Shown: positions 53,558-63,879 of the stretch, in pieces
Layout of the letters: every line of letters starts with the position of its first letter
How positions within the stretch are numbered: the first letter of the stretch is position 1
Source: Flaccisagitta enflata
Lineage: Eukaryota
Direction: 5' to 3'
DNA: 64,000 nucleotides
Assembly: GCA_965153355.1 (NCBI GenBank)
Contig: OZ231126.1
Location: 18,042,001-18,106,000 of the forward strand
Made by a program: the position numbers and the translations under genes
The notes under the pieces: model-generated
Seen by the model: only the letters and a program-made list of their open reading frames with translations
What the model was told of the DNA's origin: nothing
Database searches by the model: none

Positions 53558-55160
53558 CTGCGAGGATTGAAACCAAAACAACCGAAATTGAAAACTAAGA
53601 GTAAGTGTTAGGGACAGAATAGTCCAAGAATATTACCACAACCATCCGGGCATTCGCCACAAGTCCGTTCTTGCACACTTGCTAGTGCAGTTCTAACTAT
53701 CTAGAAGAAGGAACAGGCTCAAATGCTTAGATTGTAGACGCAGAGGAAGAACGGAGAATATCGGACAGCCCAATGAGCTACTTGTAGAAAAAGCCCTCTA
53801 AAGAAGCCCCATCAATGCCAAGAACTAATGATAGCAAAGAGACACAGTTCAACATTGGCATTGGAAAGAATGGATATTTGTTAAGGGGCATTTATCAAAT
53901 GGCAATAACAGAATGCTGAATAACATTGGAACAATAGGGTAGGTCAATATGCGTTTTTGTCTCAGATTGCCATGTAAGTTACGGAGGACATCCGACTTGA
54001 AAAATGATGAGTAATGGCAAAAATCGCGTTCAAATCCTTGTATATTTGCATTGTTCATAACACTTTTCGCTTACAAAAAGCACAATAGACGCTGTTGGGT
54101 TCAATTAGAGTCACAGCTTGTCAGTAAATCTTCAAGTAGTTAATAACGATTAACTACCTCACTTAAAGCATATCCACTCTTCTCTTAAAACAAAAACATT
54201 CGTTCTACCTAGGAAGTTTCATCAGCAAATGTTCTCAACGAAAGTTCCGTAACCTTAGTTGAGGACTGACCGCATTATGCAAATTAGGGAAAAAGGAGAG
54301 CTTCCATTGCATCGGGACTGGGTGTTCCTTCTTGATAGCGAGTGTCTAGTTCTGATCGTAGTCGTCATTTTTCGCTCATCTTACCTTCAAACGGTTTTAC
54401 TACAAACATGCACGCAGTGGATATGTGAAGGCGTTGAAGAAAATGAAGATATTGTGGCGTTTCATTGACATCTTATCGTCATCGCGCGCATCAGAACCAA
54501 TTTTGTCATAACAACTCCGAAGTACTCTGCTAGTGCTATTCATTGTACTCCGCTAGTGCTAATCATTTTTAAATTTTTGAAAGTCGTATGATTGCTCACT
54601 GAGAACAATATGAGGCTCAGTGTGTTGGTCTATCTGTCAGTTAGTCTGTAAACATGAGTTGAAAATTGAAAGCCAAACATTTCTGCTCCTGCTCATGAGG
54701 TCCATTTTAGTCAATGAAACAAAATTGTGAACCAACGTTACTGGCTCGCTAGATCCATCAGTCCGTTGGTATGGCATGTCAGGCTGGTATCCATGTAACC
54801 ATTTTTAAATTGCGGACTAGTGACTTAAGAGGCTTTGTTTATCCCTCCGTTGGTCCGTCGGTCCATCGGTCACACACAAGTGAAAACAGGAAGTACGCAT
54901 TCTTTGGTATCGCGGGTGTGATACATTGTGTTGGGGGGGGGGGTTGCTGCTGCCCACCCGTCTGCGATGAAAGCGCAGCGAACGAACGCAGCGCATCGCA
55001 TTGAACAAATTAGGGGATCGGATGAAACTATTTGTACATAATCATTGCGTCTTAGCGTATAGTAGCGTCCTCAAATTGTCAGTTAAAACGTCCATTCTTT
55101 CTTTTATCCACTCGTTCATAATTCAGAATAACAGATACACGCGAATAAAACGGTCGTTTC

Positions 55161-55450
55161 TTTTTTAGATGCATCCGTCAGGAACGCATCTCTATAAGAG
55201 GGTCTGTCCGTCTGTCGGTCCGTCCGTCGGTCCGTATATCCGTTACGAAAGTACAAAAACCGCGTTTCTCAGCTGTTTTTAGCCATGGTGAGACCCTATA
55301 CTGAAACAAATGATCAACCAACATGTTTTGAGAGCTTCCTTTACTACTTAGTCGTTTCACCCGGCTGTTCGTCAATCTGTCTCTCCATATATGTCACATT
55401 ATCAATACACGCAGAGACACGGACGCATCTTTGCCTGGTCGGGCTTGTTT
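55161..55450 (+). mobile_element. Helentron/DINE-1-like element (family A variant)
   Basis: ttttttagatgc...gcatctctataagagggtctgtccgtctgtcggtccgtcc ... ggacgcatctttgcctggtcgggcttgttt. Confidence 0.65.
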
Positions 55451-56504
55451 ATGAACATGTTATTTGAGGTTCTTATTTCTAAGGGAATTTGAGGCTCAGA
55501 ACTGTTCTTACAATAAAGGCGGCTAATCGCCGTAGGGAAAAAGTCGTAAATGCTGAGAGAAAAAAAGAAAATTGCGGACAGGTAGACAGGGGCATCCAAC
55601 AAGTTTTTCCACTTTTCCACTCAGACGGCCAACGGGCCAACAGACCGATGGATGGACTGATGGACAAAGTCTCTCATAGAGTCCGGAGTTGAAATGAGAG
55701 ATAGACTGTGCTGCCAGGATGCACAATTATCACCTGGGACATTTCAAAGTTCAAATGGACTTCAACTAGCTCGATTCACGTTTTGGGAAGAATGTGAAAA
55801 ATGTGGAAAAATAAAAAAGATTAAAAATCATGGCTCCAGGACTATCAAATAAACACAAATTCTGCTTGGTGTCATCTGAAGAAAGGGAATTAGCTTTTTC
55901 TTGCCCATTAATTTCATACGTAGTACCATTATGACCCCAAAAAAAAGATAGTCAACTTCCGCAAACCACTCATGAAAAAGGAAAATCGATGTCCGCCGTA
56001 GGTCTCAAAAAGCCGAAGGTATTCTTCAACTTTTTTCCAAATAATGTTCTTTTTTTCCAATCACCAGCCTATACTGGAATGTTTTTTGTTATTTAACTCT
56101 GATCGCCAATTGGAAGGATAAGAATACAATAGTATTAATCGCAAACAAATCAAATTAAAGTGTAAGACTACTTGAAATCAATTATTACAAAAATGTAGTC
56201 ACAATGCTTTTTGTAAGTGCAGTTCCTTTACTTACCTAGAGCAGATGAAAGAAAAATGTTTTAATAATCCTTCTGTGAGGCTGATGATGTTCTTATGATT
56301 GTTCTTATTTTTCCTCATCTGAGCCTCAATGTTCTTATAAACAAGGTTCTTAGTCAACGAAAAAGAGTGTAACTCAAGTCATGTGTGGATAGCGATGAAG
56401 AAGACTAGATGGGCATTTTAAAAAGAGCAGAGGTCCGCTCATTCGTGAATCGCAAAAAATCGTGACCGACCGACAAACTAAGTCAGTGGCCATCTGCTTG
56501 GAAG

Positions 56505-57102
56505 AAAAAGAAAAAAAAACTTTAAAAAAAGAAAGAAAGAAAGAAAGAAAGAAAGACGGAAAGACGGAAAGAAAGACAGACGGAAAAAAAGACAGACGGA
56601 AAAAAAGACAGACGAAAAGAAAGACAGACAGACAGAAAGAAAGAGACGGAAAGAAAGACAGACAGATTGAAAGAAAGAAAGAAGGAAAGAAAGACAGACA
56701 GAAAGAAGGAAAGAAAGACAGACGAAAAGAAAGAAAGACAGAAGGAAAGAAAGAAAGACAAACGGAAAGAAAGAAAGACAAACAGACGGAAAGAATGAAA
56801 GACAGAAAGAATGAAAGACAGAAGGAAAGAGAGACAGACAGACGAAAAGAAAGACAGACAGAAAGAAATAAAGACAAACGGAAAGAAAGAAAGACAAAAG
56901 GAAAGAAAGACAGACAGAAGGAAAGAAATACAGACAGATGGAAAGACAGAAAGACACGGAAAGAACGAAAGACAGATGGAAAGAAAGAAAGAAAGACAGA
57001 CAGAAAGAAAGACAGACGGAAAGAAAGAAAGACGGACTGAAAGACAGAAAGACAGATGGAAAGGAAGGACAGACAGAAAGAAAGAAAGACAGACGAAAAG
57101 AG

Positions 57103-57180
<78 letters not shown>
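56505..57180. repeat. (GAAA/GACA/GACG)n compound microsatellite
   Basis: Purine-rich tetramer mosaic. Confidence 0.97.
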
Positions 57181-57733
57181 GAAGATACCGGAGATAAAAA
57201 GAGCAGAAAGAAAAGAAAAGCGGAAAAAGGTAAGCGAAATATGAGGGAAGGAAAGGAAAAAATTCAATCCGCATTCTGATCTAATCGCCAACGTGAAAAA
57301 ATTGACTGCTTCGCTTTGCTTGGCACTCTGCATAGCCTCTCTGTACACCACCGCACGTAGACTGCTGGACAGATGATTACTTAAGTTCCCGTTACATAAA
57401 ATGGGTATAGAAACTTGCTGTTGGAGATTCTAGGGGGGAAAATTGTCATACCGAACTGGTGAAATCGGAAGAAACTAAAGGTTCAATTTTTTTTCAAGAT
57501 TTTTTTCATTTTGTGAACGATGAAGAATACAAGAGGTTGAAGGTCGCGCAAGGTCTCAATCTTTTACAAATAGCATCTCGAATGTTTTTGCCAACTTACA
57601 TGAAGATCCATCAAGGTTCGCAATATGACCTTCCCTATTGGAACAATGACGCATGAAGCTACTTCTACTTCACTTGAATGAGAGTTCATTAATGCATGGC
57701 TCCATGGATATTACGCCATAACATGATACAGTA

Positions 57734-58161
57734 CAGACTGAATGAAAATACAACGTTAGCAGTCCAGAGGAGTGACCTAAATCTATATCAGTACCCCCTA
57801 CAGCCCATATAGGAAGTGATATGAGGTCAAATAGGGTATCAATCAAATGCTTGTGTTTAATTTAAGTGGCGCCATCGAGGCGATTTCCTCCTATTTACTG
57901 AGATACAGGCTATAGAAAGTGCTCAAAACAAGCTTTTTCAACTTTTTTTCAAAACAGCAAATTTGGACCCTTTAAGGGGCTGTATCTCATGAACTGAGCT
58001 GAATCTTCCAAATCCCTTCGATGGCGCCTCTTGTATTAACATAAGCTTTCGATTGGTACCCTACATGACCATGTAGCACCTCCTGAATTCGCTTTAGGGG
58101 GTACTGCTATAGATTGGGCTCACTCCTCTGGACTGCTCTCGTTGTATTTTCATTCAGTCTG
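57734..58161. mobile_element. Near-palindromic Tc1/mariner-type MITE
   Basis: TA-cagactgaatgaaaatacaacg...gcagtccagaggagtga ... tcactcctctggactgc...cgttgtattttcattcagtctg-TA. Confidence 0.88.
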
Positions 58162-58313
58162 TATCTTCTCCCTTACATCAGAAGTACCAATGGCAAATAC
58201 CATTTTCTTGATCATGTCATTCTAGCGCACTCGACCCAACATGCATCACAGCAACAGCTCTAGAAGCACACAAGTAACCAAAAGGTGAAAATAAATTGTG
58301 TAATGTTATTGAC

Positions 58314-58486
58314 CTGTTGTCGTGCTTTTTTGATCATATCGCATAGCCGTGAGAACACCTCGACGATGTTCATGGGCGGACTTTTAGGGCAGGCCTCGAT
58401 GTAGCCGACGTCGAGCTGCGACGCCATTGCTTTGCCTTGAGCACTCGAAACTTTGCGTATGAAAATCGGACCCACGTTATTCGCGA
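58314..58486 (-). CDS. Ras-like protein exon 4 (VANNVG…RKVSSAQGKAMASQLDVGYIEACPK…NIVEVFSRL)
   Basis: cccag|TC...CAA CAG|gtc. Aligns by eye to the Ras C-terminal half (VGNKxD, RxVxxxxG, YIETSAK, NVxxxFxxL). Confidence 0.85.
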
Positions 58487-58640
58487 CTGGGAATGGTTAA
58501 AACGTTTGTAAGATTGTGCTCGGTAAATAACCACGTTTGGCCCCAATCGCCCGGTTGTTGAGATTTTGAAAATAACACTTCAACGGCTTTTCCAAATTCT
58601 AGGGCCATTTTAAACATACATATTCATAATCAGACCTTAC

Positions 58641-58744
58641 CAAGTAACATCGGCGGCGGGCAAAAGGAATAGGACGAAGATTCTTCGCTTGGAACGAGGA
58701 GGGAATGTAACTGGCGGTGTTTTTGAGCTATTGATAAGATTTGC
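58641..58744 (-). CDS. Ras-like protein exon 3 (QILSIAQKH…PPPMLL)
   Basis: aacag|G...CTT G|gtaag; phases fit both neighbours; PMLLV precedes the G4 position. Confidence 0.82.
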
Positions 58745-58949
58745 CTGTTCGAGAAGAGAACGAAGACAAGGGGAAATTAGTTTGAGTCGATGCAAATACA
58801 TTTCCCACCTACAAAAAAACAATTGGTGGTTCATTGGAATTGCTAATTGAGAGCGGGTGAATAATTTAGACCAGTAACAAGGACTCAGAACTAGAGAGGC
58901 AGAAAACACTGGAGCTATGTTCGAGCTGATTCTTTGCAAATACACATAC

Positions 58950-59371
58950 CCGTGAATTTCCGGGATTTTATTGAAGCTTTCTAGGCTGGTGACGGAATAA
59001 ATGAGGAGAAATCCATCCGGGAAATTCTCCTCTTCTATGAAGCGCTTGTCGATAGACTCCCAATTGATGGTCCGACACGCGGACGATTGGGCAAAGAGGG
59101 CGGCGGCCGTAGCACCACCGGGTTCCCCCGTCGCGCCTTCGCCGGAAAACGAAAGGGCGATCGAATCGGTAGGTATATCGGCACCATCGCCGCCGCCATC
59201 GTCTCCACCAACACTTCCGCCGCTGCCGCGACCGTCCTCGGCTTCCCAGGACTCGATTGTTAGAAATGCGCTCTCTTTATTGATCTCTCTTTGCAACGTG
59301 TAGCTTTGATCCACTTGAGGGTCGAATTCATCGCAGTCCTGGTCGGTGGGTATACTATTGCCGAAAATGTA
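58950..59371 (-). CDS. Ras-like protein exon 2 (…EFDPQVDQSY…DGFLLIYSVTSLESFNKI)
   Basis: cgcag|TAC...CAC GG|gtatgt; DGFLLIYSVTSLESF is a typical Ras-family segment. Confidence 0.88.
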
Positions 59372-59553
59372 CTGCGAGGGTGAGAGAGAGAGACAAAGAA
59401 CGTAAGTCGTTAATAATCAGTTGCACGCGAGCAATTACTGTTCTACATAAATCAAGTCTCAAACTCAGTCTCTACTACGGTATATCGATACCCGACTCTT
59501 TGCAAAATACATGTATACCTTAAGCATAAGTACATGCATTAGTACATGTATAC

Positions 59554-59802
59554 CTTAAGCAGCAGCTCATTCTTGCCGATGGCGCCCTTTTCTCCGGCAG
59601 CGACTACGTGATACTTGGGCATCTTGTTATCGTCGTTGGCTTTTCTCCCACGGCCTCGGCCGCACGTGCATAAATCTCCGAGTACATCTTGACTGCTGGT
59701 CTTCCTCGCGGGCGGCGAGACGGCCGAGGACTCGTTAAAAGCCGCGTACTTCTGCGCTTGTTTCTTTTTCGATCCCGAGAAGAAGGAAAGTTTCGACGTC
59801 AT
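59554..59802 (-). CDS. Ras-like protein exon 1 (MTSKLSFF…KYHVVAAGEKGAIGKNELLLK)
   Basis: ATG at 59802 to AAG|gtatac, phase 0; degenerate P-loop. The start codon is inferred. Confidence 0.78.
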
Positions 59803-60075
59803 CGGCGTCCTTCCTCGAGACCGGGCTTTTTTTTTCAACTTTGAAACCAATTCTTTCTCTTTTTTAAGTTGTTTGGTTTGTTTATTTTCCTTTTCCAAAA
59901 GGAAATTGTTAATGACCAAATGAAACACGAAACATCCTCTTCGAAACGCAAGGCACGACTAGTCAATTTCACTCGTCCAAGAAGCCGGAATCGTTGGTAG
60001 CTGTAACATAACGCGGGACTAACAAGTTAGCAAAATAAATAAGTTTCATATCTTTTCATAACATCAATGAGAGCG

Positions 60076-61257
60076 TCAAACATCACTCAGTAATCGCGGC
60101 AAAACGACATTCTCAATGTGTTCCGAGTTCAACCGCTCCACGACCAATGTCGTCCTCGATCGACAACCGGCCGAGTTTTTCGCTTGACTGTTGCCGTAAG
60201 TCGGATCGTAATGTTCGAGCAACATCGATTCGACGAATTCGCTCCATCTTCCGTCGTCGATTAATGTATTCCATTTGTCCATCCTCTCCGTCGACACGAC
60301 TCTCGAAGACAGCGTCGACAAAGCAGCTTTCAGTAAAACCGGATCGCGGACGAAGTAATCGTAGTCTTCGATGGTATGTCTAACGCGTTCTTCCAAGGGC
60401 ACGACGAGATCGACACGAGGGGCTTCCTTCATCGCGTCAAAGAGTCGATCGGGAACCACGCAATTGCCGATTCTTTTGGATTCCGATTCGACCCAAACGG
60501 GAGCATTGACGTCGAAATTCCTCAATTCTCGCCAAAGCAGAGATTGCCATAGCAGAGATTCGAACACTTTTTGCTTCGGTTGGTCGTCGTTGGGATATCG
60601 TCCCAACACCGAGCCTTTGTGTTTGGCGAGATATTCCAAGTCTAGCACTTGCGCGCCGGCTTGGCGTTTCGCGTGACGCAAGATGGCGGATTTGCCGCTT
60701 CCAGTGGGACCGGAAATAACGCGAAAGTCAAATTTCGACGGCAACGTTTGTAAGTCGGCTCTCACACGCTCGCGATATCTCTTATGTCCACCTTCCAGGA
60801 CAACGACGTCGAAGCCGACGTTAGCCAGCACCAAAGCCAGGCTGTGAGATCGCAATCCGCCTCGCCAACAGTAAATCAAGGGCGAGTAATCTGCCGGATT
60901 ATCTAAAAACCTCTCGTCGATGATTCTGCCGATGTTGGCGGAAATGAGCGCTGCGCCCGTTTTGTGTCCCTGAAAAGCGTCTTTCGCGTGGAGCTTGCCC
61001 ACGGTGGCGCGCTCGGCCTCGTTGAGCACCGGAAGATTGATCGATCCGGCGATATGATCTTCCTGATACTCGGCGTTAGTTCGGGCGTCGATAATCTCGT
61101 GAAATCGAGGATGTTCATGACCATCATTGAGAGCTAATTGTGGAAACGCTTCGTCTACGGTGCAAATTTTGGGTACTTTCGTCTTACCAGAGTATCTAGT
61201 TACAGTAGCTATTGTCCTACGAAAGCTAGATGGCGGAAGTAGTCTCTTTGAGAACAT
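60076..61257 (-). CDS. selU: tRNA 2-selenouridine/geranyl-2-thiouridine synthase (SelU/MnmH/YbbB family), 393 aa, intronless CDS, with N-terminal extension
   Basis: Rhodanese domain (IIDARTNAEYQEDHIAGSINLPVLNEAERATVG; active-site loop YCWRGGLRS; LEGGHKRYR) fused to a P-loop domain (GPTGSGKS, DLEYLAKHKGSVLG, QPKQKVFE, VESESKRIG, HYDPTY). Confidence 0.95.
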   Translation of the reverse strand: MFSKRLLPPSSFRRTIATVTRYSGKTKVPKICTVDEAFPQLALNDGHEHPRFHEIIDARTNAEYQEDHIAGSINLPVLNEAERATVGKLHAKDAFQGHKTGAALISANIGRIIDERFLDNPADYSPLIYCWRGGLRSHSLALVLANVGFDVVVLEGGHKRYRERVRADLQTLPSKFDFRVISGPTGSGKSAILRHAKRQAGAQVLDLEYLAKHKGSVLGRYPNDDQPKQKVFESLLWQSLLWRELRNFDVNAPVWVESESKRIGNCVVPDRLFDAMKEAPRVDLVVPLEERVRHTIEDYDYFVRDPVLLKAALSTLSSRVVSTERMDKWNTLIDDGRWSEFVESMLLEHYDPTYGNSQAKNSAGCRSRTTLVVERLNSEHIENVVLPRLLSDV

Positions 61258-61802
61258 GTCTGGGAAAAAGATAATATCATTTTTATTAAGTTTTCGGAAA
61301 AAAGTAAAGATAAAGTGAAAATGATAAATAGGTCTTGTATTTGCATCATGATAATTTACATCTAGTGTGCTCGGAAATAAAATAATCTTTTGTTAGCGAA
61401 TGAGAATTTACAACGCAAAATACGGAAATTAAGAACAGCCTAACTAAGTTGAGTTTAATTGAAGCCGTTATAACGTTTGAGAAATGATTGAACTCAAAAG
61501 AAAAACAAACAAATACTTGAAAACAAAAATATTCGTAACTGGATTGGATATTCAGGGGAAACGACGTTCGAAAGCAAATCATCCAAAGATCTTTTTTTTT
61601 CAGTTTTGAATTAGGCGAAATTTACTCCATATTATGGAGATACAAATAGAGACAAATGTACGACACGCTATCAATATCTAAATCGTTGACGAAGTCAAAA
61701 TGGAGAAGCGTTTTTTTTTTTCGGTCGAATCGAAAATGCGATGTTACAGAGAGAAAAAGATTTGCGTGAGAAGAAAAGAAGCTTAGAAAAGCGATTGCGA
61801 AT

Positions 61803-61967
61803 TTAAAGGTTGTAATTCTTGGGATGCACGCTCTGGGGCGGTTTGGAGAAGGAAACCCTCAGGTGCATGCCGCGAAGTTCGCGGTTGTGCACGTAGATGA
61901 GCGCGTGGACGGCCTCTTCCAACGACGACATCGTGATGTGCGCCATTTTCCGGTTGTCCTGGAAAAA
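61803..61967 (-). CDS. PTB: Polypyrimidine tract-binding protein, last exon (RRM4 end)
   Basis: [28 protein letters not shown]…HLRVSFSK; gacag acceptor and TAA stop. Confidence 0.95.
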   Translation of the reverse strand, partial: FFQDNRKMAHITMSSLEEAVHALIYVHNRELRGMHLRVSFSKPPQSVHPKNYNL

Positions 61968-62107
61968 CTGTCGAGAGAAAAGAGAGGAATGGCAGAGTTA
62001 AGAATTTTCTGTCGAATTCAGCTTTCGCTGGAATTGTGGCAATTTAAGAGTGTCGGCCACGGACGCCTTCAAGAAGTGGAGTTTACAGTGGATAATCCCT
62101 TAGTCTA

Positions 62108-62511
62108 CAGGTAGGACCCTAATAAGAGCGGAGGAGGGACCCAAAGTTTTAGCATCACCCCCTACAGCTTATGTGGCTCAAGCAAATTTCTCACTTGCTG
62201 TGGCGGAATATATCTTGGGTGGATACAAGTGGCGCCACCGCGGCAATTTTTGAATTTCCACCTAGAACACCCCCAAATTATCAAAATTGAAGAAAAAATT
62301 GTTAGATTTTTTGGGGGGCCTCTGAGGGTGATTTTGCGAAATCTAAGGGTGTTCTAGGTGGAAATTCCAAAATCGCCACGGTGGCGCCAATTGTATCCAC
62401 CTGAGGTATAAACCGCCATAGCAAGTGAGAAGAATGTTTGAGCCATTTAAGCTGTAGGGGGTGATGCTAAAACTTTGGGTCCCTCCTCCGCTCTTATTAG
62501 GGTCCCGTCTG
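62108..62511. mobile_element. MITE with ~165-bp TIRs in a PTB intron
   Basis: TA-caggtaggaccctaataagagcggaggagggacccaaagttttagcatcaccccctacagctt ... reverse complement ...ggtcccgtctg-TA. Confidence 0.92.
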
Positions 62512-62680
62512 TAATTTGTTGAAAACGCCAAATCATTGTTTCCGGACTATTGCGCGTTGCTGTACATGAAATTAGCAGTGTTTGCGCGCACAGTTTCAAT
62601 GCAGTTTCAATGCAGTTTCAATGAGCGGAAAACAAAACGCACGTGCCATCGCGCCTTCGCCGTACGCGACGCACCGTTAC

Positions 62681-62838
62681 CTTGAAGAGGACAACTTGGC
62701 CGTGCTCCCTGAAGGGTGCCTGGATTTCGCCTTCCGTCGCGCCCTCGGCAATGTTGGAGATGTGCAACGTCGTTGACGGCTCGAAGATGTTGGAGGAGTT
62801 CTTGGAGCCGGGCTTCTTGAACCGATGGAGAGGTGAAC
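62681..62838 (-). CDS. PTB: PTB exon (SPLHRFKKPGSKN…PSTTLHISNI…)
   Basis: The highly conserved SPLHRFKKPGSKN linker; aacag|GT...AAG|gtaac. Confidence 0.97.
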
Positions 62839-62977
62839 CTGTTGTCGAAGAAAGGAATGATGAGCAAATTCAATTTCGCACATCGCCAAGTGACGTCAAA
62901 TTAAATTAGATTCAGGTGTTCGAACTTTTCATAGGATAGTTTTCCCAGTTCAATTCATCGCCTGTAACTAAGTATAC

Positions 62978-63134
62978 CGGTGTAATCCTTGGTCAGCTCG
63001 GCTCCTTCGAGGCGATCATCCTTGGTGCGCTGAACGTGTTCGTTCTTGGAAGGACTGACGTTCATCGGCTTGCCAAAGAGCGGAACCTTGTCGAGATGCT
63101 GACGCGAGATGGCCGCCATCCATGGCTCAGTCAT
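62978..63134 (-). CDS. PTB: PTB exon (RRM3 C-terminal half, …LFGKPMNVSPSK…LTKDYT)
   Basis: cacag|ATG...ACC G|gtatac; phases are consistent. Confidence 0.95.
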
Positions 63135-63272
63135 CTGTGGGGGAAAAGAGATTTAAGAGAGAGGGGGAATGATTGAAATTAGCCTATAGAAGTAGTTCAG
63201 GCAGATTGACGAATGTACACAAAGTCCAATTTTCATCAACCTATATCATTACAACTGTATCGATTTCGCCAC

Positions 63273-63517
63273 CTGAATGAGCGCGGTGTCTTTCTTGGCG
63301 AAAAGAATCTTGACTCTGAGGACGTCGCCGTAGACGCCAAAGAGTGTGAAGAGGACGTCGGGCGTCACTCGGGTTTCCTCCAAATTGGAAACGATGAGGA
63401 CGCAGCCGCCTCTTTGCATGCCACCTGGCATTCCCATCAATCCCATGCCCTCGGCGGGATTGCCGAATCCGCTCATGCCCCGGCCGCCGAACTGGTTGTT
63501 GTCGCCGCCACTTTGAT
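63273..63517 (-). CDS. PTB: PTB exon (RRM3 N-terminal half, [43 protein letters not shown])
   Basis: Close match to the PTB RRM3 consensus; cgcag|AT...CAG|gtggc. Confidence 0.97.
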
Positions 63518-63795
63518 CTGCGCGAAGAGACGAAGAGGATTAGGAGGAAATTATGAATGCTACTTGATGGGCACGAGGCGCGTGATAAGGTTGGTTAGAC
63601 AACCAACACGGTCGCGGTTTAAGAGGTTCTTCACATTTCTTAGGGCGCTACAAACGTGCAGACGGACTGACTATAAACACGCACATGGCATTGTGTTGTT
63701 GTCAGCGCGGCAGCCCGCGAAATGTCTCGATACAGTCAATTACACTTAAATTAATTACACTCAAATTCTGATTATCTTAAAAACACAGTACTTAC

Positions 63796-63879
63796 TTCCT
63801 GCGACGCTATTAAAGCCCTTTTGAAACATTTCTTGAAATTTCGACCAATCCCAGCCTTGAATCTCGTTTGGATTGGGAG
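63796..63879 (-). CDS. PTB: Probable PTB linker exon (PNPNEIQGWDWSKFQEMFQKGFNSVAG)
   Basis: tccag|CT...GGA A|gtaagt; 84 nt, open, phase 1-1, in frame with the next exon. The gene continues beyond the window. Confidence 0.7.

Noticed and set aside
56374-57351. 325-aa hydrophobic ORF that could be mistaken for the chitin synthase TM region or a membrane protein
   Set aside because: It is a compound tetranucleotide microsatellite on the wrong strand for CHS and is open in most frames.
58637-59314. 225-aa ORF as the complete Ras-like protein
   Set aside because: It reads through an intron (donor at 58949) and continues in the wrong frame; the spliced model restores Ras collinearity.
60076-61257. 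selU as a bacterial contaminant contig fragment
   Set aside because: There are no neighbouring bacterial genes such as selD. It is flanked within a few hundred bp by spliced genes and has a presequence-like extension and an upstream splice acceptor. Read-level confirmation is still needed.
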